Part shown: piece by piece, positions 15,278 to 23,780 of the stretch
How the letters are laid out: each line of letters starts with the position of its first letter
How positions within the stretch are numbered: position 1 is the stretch's first letter
Assembly: GCA_937974645.1 (NCBI GenBank)
Contig: CALJVH010000019.1
Location: 15,069 to 39,068 of the forward strand
From: an uncultured archaeon
GTDB lineage: Archaea; Thermoproteota; Nitrososphaeria_A; Caldarchaeales; Wolframiiraptoraceae
Direction: 5' to 3'
Length of the DNA: 24,000 nt
Position numbers and translations under genes: made by a program
Notes under the pieces: generated by a model
Told to the model about the DNA's origin: nothing
Database searches by the model: none
The model's input: the letters and a program-made list of their open reading frames with translations, nothing else

Positions 15278-15991
15278 CTAGCTCTCGAAGATCTTGACGG
15301 CCTCCTCATATGCTATGGAGAAGTCATAGATGTCCCCGATTTCCAAGTCCAAATTAAGTATCTTAACGAGCGCCTCAACGCCCCTTCTCGCCGCGGGGTA
15401 ATCCGGGATCATGTCCCCCGCCTCGATCAAGAGCGATAGGTTCTCCATCCCCAGCTCTCCGGCCATCAATATGAGGAGGCCCGCCGCGCCAACTATCTGG
15501 CCCTCATAAGGGACCGCGTCGATCTTCTCGAGCGCCCGCCTCACAGATTCTTCGCTCGTCGAGGATAGGTAAATCACCCTCGGATCGCTTACCTGATCCT
15601 TACCATATCCCCCGAGGGTTATCACGAAGCTTACGCCGAGATCAGCGGCAACTTCGATGATCCGCTGGCAGAATTCGTGCTGGCCATAATAGGTTGAGGG
15701 CTGAGCGTTACCATAAAGCAGGATCAGCGGCCTAGGAGACTCTACGAGATAGAAGTCCGCGAAATATGGGAGGAGCCTACCATCCCTAACATAGCCCACG
15801 GATGGAAAGAATGGAGAATAGAACCTGCATATTCTTCTTCCACCGAGTCTCATCAGCAGGTAGGCTACAGCCGCCTTAGCAACTAGCCCGACCCCCGGAA
15901 GCCCCTCGATCAGCACCGCCCCGGAAACCCTGAGATTCTCGGCGTCCGGCTCGAAAACGGCATCAGTCTCCACAGACCTACACCCCTTCAC
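15278..15991 (-). CDS. PAC2-family protein (proteasome assembly chaperone-like, COG1938)
   Basis: 237 aa. VLIEGLPGVGLVAKAAVAYLL near the N-terminus, LYGNAQP, ITLGGYG, IVGAAGLL: the PAC2/PbaA-PbaB-type pattern. GTG start. Confidence 0.75.
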   Translation of the reverse strand: MKGCRSVETDAVFEPDAENLRVSGAVLIEGLPGVGLVAKAAVAYLLMRLGGRRICRFYSPFFPSVGYVRDGRLLPYFADFYLVESPRPLILLYGNAQPSTYYGQHEFCQRIIEVAADLGVSFVITLGGYGKDQVSDPRVIYLSSTSEESVRRALEKIDAVPYEGQIVGAAGLLILMAGELGMENLSLLIEAGDMIPDYPAARRGVEALVKILNLDLEIGDIYDFSIAYEEAVKIFES

Positions 15992-16100
15992 ACTTTGAGA
16001 GGAACTTGACTCTTATTTTAATCTCCCTCAACGTAAAAATCTTTGTGGAAAATGCGTTAAGAATCAATATAAGTGTGAGGTGGTCTCAAATTATTATGCT

Positions 16101-17897
16101 ATGACGCGCTTTCTGGGACGAAGGAGTAAGTTCCATGAGATAACAAAACTTCTCGTCGATGTCGCACTAGGTAGGATTAAGGCGGATTTAGTGATAAAGA
16201 ACGGTGTTCTTGTGAACGTTAACTCGGGAGAGATTCTTGAGGGAGTAGATGTAGCTGTTAAGGGTGATCGAATAGCACTCGTTGGCGAGGCGGATCACTG
16301 CATTGGCCAGGACACCGTGGTATATTATGCTGATGGAAAATATCTTGCTCCTGGGTTCCTTGACGCGCATGTGCACGTCGAGAGTAGCATGGTCACTCTA
16401 ACCCAATTCGCGAGGGCGGTTCTTCCAAGAGGCACAACCACAGTCTTCATAGATCCACATGAGGTAGCTAATGTGCTCGGCCTAGAGGGCGTTAAGCTGA
16501 TGCTACAGGAAGCAGAGAACCTGCCGCTGAAGGTCTTCGTCACAGTTCCATCGTGCGTTCCCGCCAACCCCGCGTTCGAGACCGCCGGAGCAATTCTTGG
16601 GCCGAGGGAGGTTGAGGAGGCGCTCTCATGGGATGGCGTAATAGCTCTCGGCGAGATGATGAATTACCCGGGAGTCCTCGCCGGCGACGCGGAGGTGCAT
16701 GCGAAGATCGCGGCCGCCCTCAGAGCTGGAAAGCTCGTCGAGGGTCATGATGCTGGTCTCCTCGGAAGGGAGCTCGCCGCATACTCCGCGGCCGGGATAA
16801 CCTCAAGCCACGAGCTGACGACCAAGCGCGACGCGATTGAGAGGCTCCGGCTTGGGATGTATGTCTACATGCGTGAAGGCTCAGCTTGGCTTGACGTTGC
16901 TGAGACTGTTAAAGCGATAACGGAAGCGGGACTCGACTCCAGGCACGCGTGCCTCGTTACCGATGACCGGGAGTCGGAGTCGCTGGTCAAGCAGGGCCAC
17001 ATGGATCACGTCGTGAGGAGGGCTATAGAGGAGGGCGTCGACCCGATCACAGCGATTCAGATGGCCACCATCAATCCCGCGGAACACTATGAGGTTGCTA
17101 GGGAGATCGGGAGCATCGCACCGGCAAGGTTCGCGGACATCTTGGTGATAAGCAGCCTCTCGAGAGTGAGAGTTGAGGCGGTTTTCGCGGATGGCAGGCT
17201 CGTTGCGAAAGATGGTAGAATGCTGACATATCTCCCGAGGCCCTCTTATCCAGAGAACGCCATGAGATCCGTGAGGCTGAAGAGGGGGCTCGAGCCGCGG
17301 GACTTCGAGGTAAGAGCTCCGGTGGAAGAAGGTGATGTCAAGGTGAGGATAATCGAGGCCATTGAGGGAAATGTCCTGACAAAGCACGTGGTCGATCAGC
17401 TCGAGGTGAAAAATAGCCTAGTCCTCCCGAGCCCGGACCGGTGGATCTACGAGCTCGCCGTGGTCGAGAGGCATAAGGGGACGGGAAAAATCGGCCTCGG
17501 GTTCGTGAAAGGGTTCGGCTTCAGGATAGGCGCGATAGCGACCACCGTGGCGCATGATAGCCATAACATGATCGTTATGGGGTGTAGTAGGGAGGACATG
17601 GCGCTCGCGGCGAACAAGCTCGCAGAGCTGGGAGGTGGGATAATAACCGTGAAGGATGGCGAGGTGCTGTCGGTCGTGGAGCTCCCGATAGCTGGGCTCA
17701 TGTCCACAGAGCCCGTCGAGGTCGTTGCGGAGAAGCTTGAGAAAACGTATGAGACATGGAGGAGGCTCGGATGCGAGTGGGTCTCACCATTCATGACAAT
17801 CTCGCTCCTAGCGCTTGACGTTCTCCCAGAGCTCAGGCTGACAGATAAAGGGCTCGTAGACACCGTAAACTTCAGACTGGTCAGCCTTTTCGCCTAA
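16101..17897 (+). CDS. ade: Adenine deaminase
   Basis: DLVIKNGVLVNVNSGEI...APGFLDAHVHVESSM (metal-binding HxH), GTTTVFIDPHEVANV, GEMMNYPGV, GHDAG, SSHE, plus the duplicated C-terminal domain (TVAHDSHN). ATG at 16101 preferred (AATATAAG box at 16065-16072); the GTG at 16080 is the ORF-track start. Confidence 0.9.
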   Translation: MTRFLGRRSKFHEITKLLVDVALGRIKADLVIKNGVLVNVNSGEILEGVDVAVKGDRIALVGEADHCIGQDTVVYYADGKYLAPGFLDAHVHVESSMVTLTQFARAVLPRGTTTVFIDPHEVANVLGLEGVKLMLQEAENLPLKVFVTVPSCVPANPAFETAGAILGPREVEEALSWDGVIALGEMMNYPGVLAGDAEVHAKIAAALRAGKLVEGHDAGLLGRELAAYSAAGITSSHELTTKRDAIERLRLGMYVYMREGSAWLDVAETVKAITEAGLDSRHACLVTDDRESESLVKQGHMDHVVRRAIEEGVDPITAIQMATINPAEHYEVAREIGSIAPARFADILVISSLSRVRVEAVFADGRLVAKDGRMLTYLPRPSYPENAMRSVRLKRGLEPRDFEVRAPVEEGDVKVRIIEAIEGNVLTKHVVDQLEVKNSLVLPSPDRWIYELAVVERHKGTGKIGLGFVKGFGFRIGAIATTVAHDSHNMIVMGCSREDMALAANKLAELGGGIITVKDGEVLSVVELPIAGLMSTEPVEVVAEKLEKTYETWRRLGCEWVSPFMTISLLALDVLPELRLTDKGLVDTVNFRLVSLFA

Positions 17898-17948
17898 TCC
17901 GACGCGAAGATTTGTTAAGGGCCGTATGCATCTCGGTCTCGAAGGCTC

Positions 17949-19529
17949 TTGTTCGAGGTTCTCACCCAAGATCATCTCGGTAGAATCGGGAGGCTTAGGA
18001 CGCGAGGTGGGAGGGTTGCCGAGACACCGCTCTTCCTCCCGGTCATAAACCCGGTTACGCAGGATATTCCAGCCGGCTGGATGAAGGAGAACCTCGGAGC
18101 GGAGGCCGTGATAACAAATGCCTACATAATCCTCAGGAGGCTTAGGGATGAGGCCCTGAGGAGGGGGGTTCATGAAATCCTCGGCTTCGATGGGGTGGTG
18201 ATGACCGATAGCGGCGGATACCAAGTCCTAGAGTATGGCGGAGTAGAGGCGTCCCCGGAGGACATTGCGGAACTCCAAGAGGAGATGGGCAGTGATATCG
18301 CAGTCCCGCTTGACATCCCGACAGGGCTGAGTAGTAGGGAGAAGGCTGAGGAATCCGTGGAAAAGACGCTGAGAAACCTTGAGATAACCCTTGAATTTCT
18401 GAGGAAGAGGAGTGTTGAGCGATGCCTCTGGGCTGCGCCGATTCAGGGCGGAATTCACTTAGAACTCATCCACTACTGCGCGGGCAGGGAGAGGGAGATG
18501 AATTTTGATCTATATGCGCTGGGAAGCCCGACGCCCCTGATGGAGGGATATAGGTTCGATAGGCTGTTTCAAATGATATGCGCCGCCAGGTCTGCGGTGG
18601 GTTTCGGCAAGCCCCTCCACCTATTCGGAGCCGGGCATCCCATGATATTTCCGTTCATAGTCGCCTTGGGCGTGGACATGTTCGACTCAGCCAGCTACTA
18701 CCTCTACGCCCGGGATGGTAGGTACATGACCGAGACGGGGACTATAAGGGTGGAGAAGCTCGACTACCTACCATGCTGCTGCCCGATATGCTCCAAGATG
18801 GGCGCTAGTGAGCTGAAGCAGATGCCGAGAGACGAGAGGGTGAGGCTACTCGCGATGCACAACCTCCACGTTTGCTTCGAGGAAGTGAGGAAGATAAAGC
18901 AGGCGATAAGGGATGGAAGGCTCATGGAGCTGCTCGAGCAGAGGGCGAGAAGCCACCCAAGCCTTTACCAAGGGTTCATCGAGATTATACGGAACGAGGA
19001 CCTCCTGAAGCTGATGGAGGAGAATGCACCCATATCCGGGAGAAGGGGGGTAAACCTCTATGATGATATGAGCCTGAGAAGGCCGCTCGTGAGAGCCGCC
19101 AGAAGAAGGCTTCTCGAGAACTGCCTCGCGGGAAGAGGAGCTGGCAAGGAAGCCCTACTCCTCCCCGAGACCCTCAAGCTCCCTCTCGAGAAGGCCTCAA
19201 GGCTTCCTGAGAGCCTCGACGTACTCTTCTATGGAAGCCCTTACGGTCTAATCCCCATAGGCCTCAGATACACATATCCATTCTCCCAGACAAATTATCC
19301 TAAAGCCCTAATCGAGTATAACCTCGACGAATTACTTGCGGAGGCGCTTAAGCAGTTTGAGGCCGCGGGCTATAGGAGGGCCCACATTCTAAAGCCCGAA
19401 TCCAGGCACCTAGAGAGACTTGAGGAGCGGCTCGTTAAGAGTTTAAGCGGGCTGGGAGTTGAGGTAGAGGAGCTGGAGGATCTTAGCGAGCTGATGGGCG
19501 GCACCAGCAACCGGAGCTTAGGTGAATGA
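17949..19529 (+). CDS. tgtA: Archaeosine tRNA-guanine transglycosylase (ArcTGT), short C-terminus
   Basis: FEVLTQDHLGRIGRLRTRGGRVAETPLFLPV, MTDSGGYQ, zinc site CCCPICS...MHNLH. 526 aa. TTG is the only in-frame start upstream of the conserved N-terminus (in-frame TAA at 17916-17918). Confidence 0.85.
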   Translation: MFEVLTQDHLGRIGRLRTRGGRVAETPLFLPVINPVTQDIPAGWMKENLGAEAVITNAYIILRRLRDEALRRGVHEILGFDGVVMTDSGGYQVLEYGGVEASPEDIAELQEEMGSDIAVPLDIPTGLSSREKAEESVEKTLRNLEITLEFLRKRSVERCLWAAPIQGGIHLELIHYCAGREREMNFDLYALGSPTPLMEGYRFDRLFQMICAARSAVGFGKPLHLFGAGHPMIFPFIVALGVDMFDSASYYLYARDGRYMTETGTIRVEKLDYLPCCCPICSKMGASELKQMPRDERVRLLAMHNLHVCFEEVRKIKQAIRDGRLMELLEQRARSHPSLYQGFIEIIRNEDLLKLMEENAPISGRRGVNLYDDMSLRRPLVRAARRRLLENCLAGRGAGKEALLLPETLKLPLEKASRLPESLDVLFYGSPYGLIPIGLRYTYPFSQTNYPKALIEYNLDELLAEALKQFEAAGYRRAHILKPESRHLERLEERLVKSLSGLGVEVEELEDLSELMGGTSNRSLGE

Positions 19530-19618
19530 TGAGCAAGCATGTCGCAATGTTTAAGAATCGGACTGAGCACCCGTAGCCGGAAGAGGCGAATAAGGCTAAG
19601 GCGCGTGTTGAAGCCGAT

Positions 19619-20875
19619 ATGAAGGTAAGCTTTCTCGGCGGGATTGGAGAGGTTGGAAGAGCCGCGGTTCTAGTTGAGACTAGGGATGCCAGGATATTGC
19701 TGGATTATGGTGTTAAGCCGTCGGAGCCCGAGCCCCTCTTCCCAGGCCACATCTCCCCCAAGGACCTCGATGCCGTGGTGCTCACTCACGCTCACTTGGA
19801 TCATAGTGGTGCCGCCCCGCTATTGATGCTGAATGGTGGGGTCAAGATTTACGCGACCGACATGACGTTCAAGCTAAGCGACATACTTCTAAGAGACTTC
19901 CTGAAGCTGAGCGGATACTATATCCCCTATGAGGTGCTGGAGGTCGAGGAGCTCCTGAGGAGAGGGATAAGGGTGAATTACGGCGATACGATAAGGGTTA
20001 AGGATGCTGAGATGACATTTCTCGACGCGGGCCATATACCCGGAAGCGTCCAAGTCCTGATAAACGCTGATAAAACCTTACTATACACGGGAGACTATTC
20101 CACGCGGAAGACGAGGCTCCTATCCGGCGCTAGGGATATGCCGAAAGATGTCGACGCCGTCGTGACCGAGTCAACCTACGCCTTAACCGAGCATCCGAAG
20201 AGAACGGACCTCGAGAGAGATTTCGTAAATAATGTAATCGAGCTCGTTGATCTCGGCGGAAGGATTCTTGTCCCAGCATTCGCGGTAGCCCGATCGCAAG
20301 AGATGATGTGCGTTCTAGAGGCCTATGGCATAAGGGAATCGGTCTATCTGGATGGTATGGCCGTGAAGGTTCTAGACCTCTTCCTAGAAGCCAAGGAATT
20401 TGTCCAAGGATACCAGCTCCTCCACTCAGCCTCAAAACACGTGATAAAGGTGAATGATAGGAAGAAGCGTAAGAGGGTTGTTGAAAATCCTGGAGTAATT
20501 ATCAGCCCGGCTGGAATGCTCAAGGGAGGGCCGGCCGCATATTATCTCGAGAGGATATTCGATGACCCGTATTCTGGAATATTTTTGGTAAGCTTCCAGA
20601 TACCCGGAACCCCTGGAGCGAGGCTGCTCGAAGAGGGCAAGGTAACTATAAAGGGCGAGGATGTTGAGGTGAGAGTGAGGGTGAGGCAGTTCCTCTTCAG
20701 CGCCCACTCGGGTAGGAGCGAGCTGAGATCATATCTCGGGAGCCTGAGCCCGGACACTAAGGTTTTCATGACTCATGGGGAGCCTGAGGCCTGCCGCGAC
20801 CTCGCAGACTACGCTAGGAACGAGCTGAGCCTAGATGCCAAGGTTCCGGAGAAGCATCATAAATACGAGATCTGA
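19619..20875 (+). CDS. Metallo-beta-lactamase / beta-CASP ribonuclease (aCPSF2-like, no KH domains)
   Basis: 418 aa. LLDYG, THAHLDHSG (HxHxDH), DAGHIPGS, TGDYS, beta-CASP motif A ESTY, motif B FSAHSG, motif C MTHGE. Confidence 0.85.
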   Translation: MKVSFLGGIGEVGRAAVLVETRDARILLDYGVKPSEPEPLFPGHISPKDLDAVVLTHAHLDHSGAAPLLMLNGGVKIYATDMTFKLSDILLRDFLKLSGYYIPYEVLEVEELLRRGIRVNYGDTIRVKDAEMTFLDAGHIPGSVQVLINADKTLLYTGDYSTRKTRLLSGARDMPKDVDAVVTESTYALTEHPKRTDLERDFVNNVIELVDLGGRILVPAFAVARSQEMMCVLEAYGIRESVYLDGMAVKVLDLFLEAKEFVQGYQLLHSASKHVIKVNDRKKRKRVVENPGVIISPAGMLKGGPAAYYLERIFDDPYSGIFLVSFQIPGTPGARLLEEGKVTIKGEDVEVRVRVRQFLFSAHSGRSELRSYLGSLSPDTKVFMTHGEPEACRDLADYARNELSLDAKVPEKHHKYEI

Positions 20876-20892
20876 ACAGCCTTCTTGACGGA

Positions 20893-21834
20893 ATGACCTC
20901 ATGCAAGCTGTGCGGCGGCCCAGCCGCATATTTCATTGAGCATTCTAGGATTATGCTTTGCCAAGCGTGCTTCATCAAGTACTATGAGAAGAAGGTCTAT
21001 AACACGATCATGAAGCACGGGATGCTCCGCGGCGCCAGGAAAGTTGCCGTCGCAGTCTCCGGCGGAAAGGATAGCATGGCTCTCCTCAAGGTTGTGAGTA
21101 AGTTGATCTCAGAGAAGTTTCCAGAGGTCGAGCTCATCGCCATCCATATAAACCTCGGAATAGAAGGATACTCCGGGGAATGCCAGGAGATAGTCGAGAA
21201 AGTCTGCGGGAAGCTCGGAGTAGACTACATTATTCATGACTTATCCAGCATGGAGGGATATAGGATATCGGATCTCAGATCCACGCCGCTTAGAAAAAGG
21301 ATCTGTGGGGCATGCGGAACCGTCAAGCGCTACATGATGAACAGGCTGGCATATGAGCTTGGAGCTGATAGAGTAGCTACGGGCCATAACCTTGATGACG
21401 TGGTCGAGCTCCTCTTCGAGTTTTACCTTAAAGGATCGATTGAAAATCTGGTGAGGGTCAGGCCCATCTCCCGGAGCGATAACCCGAAGCTCATCACGAA
21501 GATAAAGCCCCTCATAGAGCTTACGGAGAAAGAGAATCTGTATTATGCCCTCGCTCGGGGTATTCCAATACTTGATGCCTCGTGTCCGCTTGTTGAGGGC
21601 TCCAGGATGCTGAGGAGGAAGAAGCTGATAGGATTGATCGAGCATGAGATATCAGGATTCAAGCACACACTCTACAAGTCCCATGTTAAAAGGATCCTGC
21701 CGAGGCTCGAGAAAGTCGTGGCCGAGCCCATGCTCGTGGAATGTGAAGTCTGTGGGATGCCCTCACTCTCGAGCGTGTGTAGCTACTGCAGGCTCATCTC
21801 AAGGCTGGCCCGGTCAGCCGAGAGCTCTTCCTAA
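20893..21834 (+). CDS. ttuA: PP-loop tRNA 2-thiolation enzyme, TtuA/NcsA type
   Basis: N-terminal Zn finger CKLCG...CQAC, PP-loop AVSGGKDS, cluster/catalytic cysteines CGACG and SCPL, ATGHNLDD, C-terminal Zn finger CEVCG...CSYC. Confidence 0.75.
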   Translation: MTSCKLCGGPAAYFIEHSRIMLCQACFIKYYEKKVYNTIMKHGMLRGARKVAVAVSGGKDSMALLKVVSKLISEKFPEVELIAIHINLGIEGYSGECQEIVEKVCGKLGVDYIIHDLSSMEGYRISDLRSTPLRKRICGACGTVKRYMMNRLAYELGADRVATGHNLDDVVELLFEFYLKGSIENLVRVRPISRSDNPKLITKIKPLIELTEKENLYYALARGIPILDASCPLVEGSRMLRRKKLIGLIEHEISGFKHTLYKSHVKRILPRLEKVVAEPMLVECEVCGMPSLSSVCSYCRLISRLARSAESSS

Positions 21835-22803
21835 GTAATCGAGCTTCTCAAGGGCCTTCCTCGCCGCTGCCCTGATCTCCCCAGCCCTCTCCTCTGGGAT
21901 GCCATCATACGTGAAGGTCCATGCGCCCCACTCTATCCCCGCGGCATACTTTATCCTATCACTCGTGAAGTGCGGCGTGTAGAACTCTAGGTGGAGCCTG
22001 TAGTGGGGGTGCTCGCGGTCTGTTGGAGCCTGGTGGAAGATCATCATGTATGCACAGTCCTTGCCAAAGAGCTCCTCGTAGACCTTGACCACAACCCTTA
22101 TCACGTCGGCGAGCATCTCCTGATCCGCGCCGCCGAGCTCCGGAAGAGACGTGACCTTGATCTTCGGGTAGACGTGCACCTCGTATGGCCACATAACGAA
22201 GAATGGCATGAAGATCGCGAACGAGTTGTTCTCGTATATCATCCTAGAGCCCTCCTCGAGCTCTCTCGCCAATATATCGTCGAAGATGCTCCTGCCATGC
22301 CTTCTTCCATACTCTTCGGCCGACTCGAGCTCCCTCGCTATCCTCGGCGGTATAAAGGAGAGCGCGTAGATCTGGCTGTGAGGATGCGTTAGCGAGACGC
22401 CTATCAGCGCCCCCTTATTCTTGAATGGAACCACACACTTGACATGAGGCTTCGAGCCGAGAACCCTCGTTCTTTCAGCCAATAACTCGATGTAAAGAAT
22501 TACTTGATCCAGTGAGAAGTCGGGAAAGTCGCCCTCATGCTGGGGAGCCTCGATAATCACCTCGCATTCGCCGAGAGCTCTCGCCCTCCCAAATAGGTCG
22601 TCTCCGGACACTTCGGGGGCATTCGGCGAGAGTGCTGGATACTTGTTGGGGAGGGCGAGAACCCTCCATGAGCCGATGGTCTCTTCGCCGCCGGGGCAGA
22701 AGGGGCATTCGCCGGACCTCCAAGGCCTCTTGATCCTCCGGCCGGCGACTATCGTCCAGCATTTCAGGAGCGGGTTCCACCTGAGCTCGTGGGACATTGC
22801 CAT
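21814..22803 (-). CDS. galT: Galactose-1-phosphate uridylyltransferase (HIT superfamily)
   Basis: ELRWNPLLKCWTIVAGRRIKRPW, zinc site ECPFCPG, active site THPHSQIYA (HxHxQ). 329 aa. Confidence 0.85.
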   Translation of the reverse strand: MAMSHELRWNPLLKCWTIVAGRRIKRPWRSGECPFCPGGEETIGSWRVLALPNKYPALSPNAPEVSGDDLFGRARALGECEVIIEAPQHEGDFPDFSLDQVILYIELLAERTRVLGSKPHVKCVVPFKNKGALIGVSLTHPHSQIYALSFIPPRIARELESAEEYGRRHGRSIFDDILARELEEGSRMIYENNSFAIFMPFFVMWPYEVHVYPKIKVTSLPELGGADQEMLADVIRVVVKVYEELFGKDCAYMMIFHQAPTDREHPHYRLHLEFYTPHFTSDRIKYAAGIEWGAWTFTYDGIPEERAGEIRAAARKALEKLDYLGRALG

Positions 22804-23738
22804 AGCTCCTCCTTCAGCGCTCTCGCGGCCAATCTCACGGACTCAGCGCTACTATGCCTCGGCCTCCAGCCTAAATTCCTTATCCTCGAGATATCGAGAA
22901 GCATTTTCCTCACGTCTCCCTTCCATCCCCTACCCTCGACTCCGCCGGTATAGACGATCTCGACATCTCTGAGGCCAAGCTCCTCGATCACTATTCCCGC
23001 GATCGTCTTCACGTTTATCGCGTCCTCCGATCCAACATTGTAGATTTCAACCCCGTGATCGAGGTTCTCGAAAGCCTTCATGATCGCCTCCACGCAATCA
23101 TCAACTAAGAGATACGATTTTGTCTGTTCACCATCGCCGAGAACCTCGAGCCTTCTCGGATTCGAGCGGAGCTTCCGGATGAAGTCCACTATAACGCCAT
23201 GCCGCGCTCTAGGACCCACGATGTTCGCGAGCCTCAGGATCGCTGCCCTCATATCATACATCATGCAGTATCCGATGATGAGGGCCTCGCTCGCGAGCTT
23301 ACAGGCCCCATACATCGATATCGGGAGAAGAGGCGAGTAATCTTCTGGTGTGGGCATGATCCTTGCCTCGCCGTAAACAGTCGATGATGACGTGAATACG
23401 ATTCTCCTCACGTCATTCGCCCTCATTGCCTCCAAGATGACATAAGTTGCGTGGACGTTTTCCCTGTAGTGCATTCTCGGGTCGCCGAGCCTGACTTCGG
23501 GATTTGCGGCGAGGTGGAAGATTATATCGCATGACTTGACCGCCTCGCGCGTGAGGGTTTCATCCGTCACATCACCCTCCATGAACTCGAAGCCCGACAA
23601 CCCAATCCATCTAGAGATGTTCTCAATCCTCCCCTGGCTGAGGTTATCGATGACCCTGACCTCGTACCCCGCTCTCATTAAGGCGTCCACGAGGTGGCTT
23701 CCTATGAAGCCCGCGCCCCCGGTCACGAGAGCTCTCAA
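22764..23738 (-). CDS. galE: NAD-dependent sugar epimerase/dehydratase, probably UDP-glucose 4-epimerase
   Basis: Rossmann VTGGAGFIGSHLVDAL, catalytic SMYGACK (YxxxK), extended-SDR length (324 aa). The galE call rests on the galK/galT neighbours. TTG start preceded by GGTGGCGGTGGC. Confidence 0.65.
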   Translation of the reverse strand: MRALVTGGAGFIGSHLVDALMRAGYEVRVIDNLSQGRIENISRWIGLSGFEFMEGDVTDETLTREAVKSCDIIFHLAANPEVRLGDPRMHYRENVHATYVILEAMRANDVRRIVFTSSSTVYGEARIMPTPEDYSPLLPISMYGACKLASEALIIGYCMMYDMRAAILRLANIVGPRARHGVIVDFIRKLRSNPRRLEVLGDGEQTKSYLLVDDCVEAIMKAFENLDHGVEIYNVGSEDAINVKTIAGIVIEELGLRDVEIVYTGGVEGRGWKGDVRKMLLDISRIRNLGWRPRHSSAESVRLAARALKEELWQCPTSSGGTRS

Positions 23739-23780
23739 GCCACCGCCACCTGGCCACCGATTCCTTATATGCCTCGCAGA

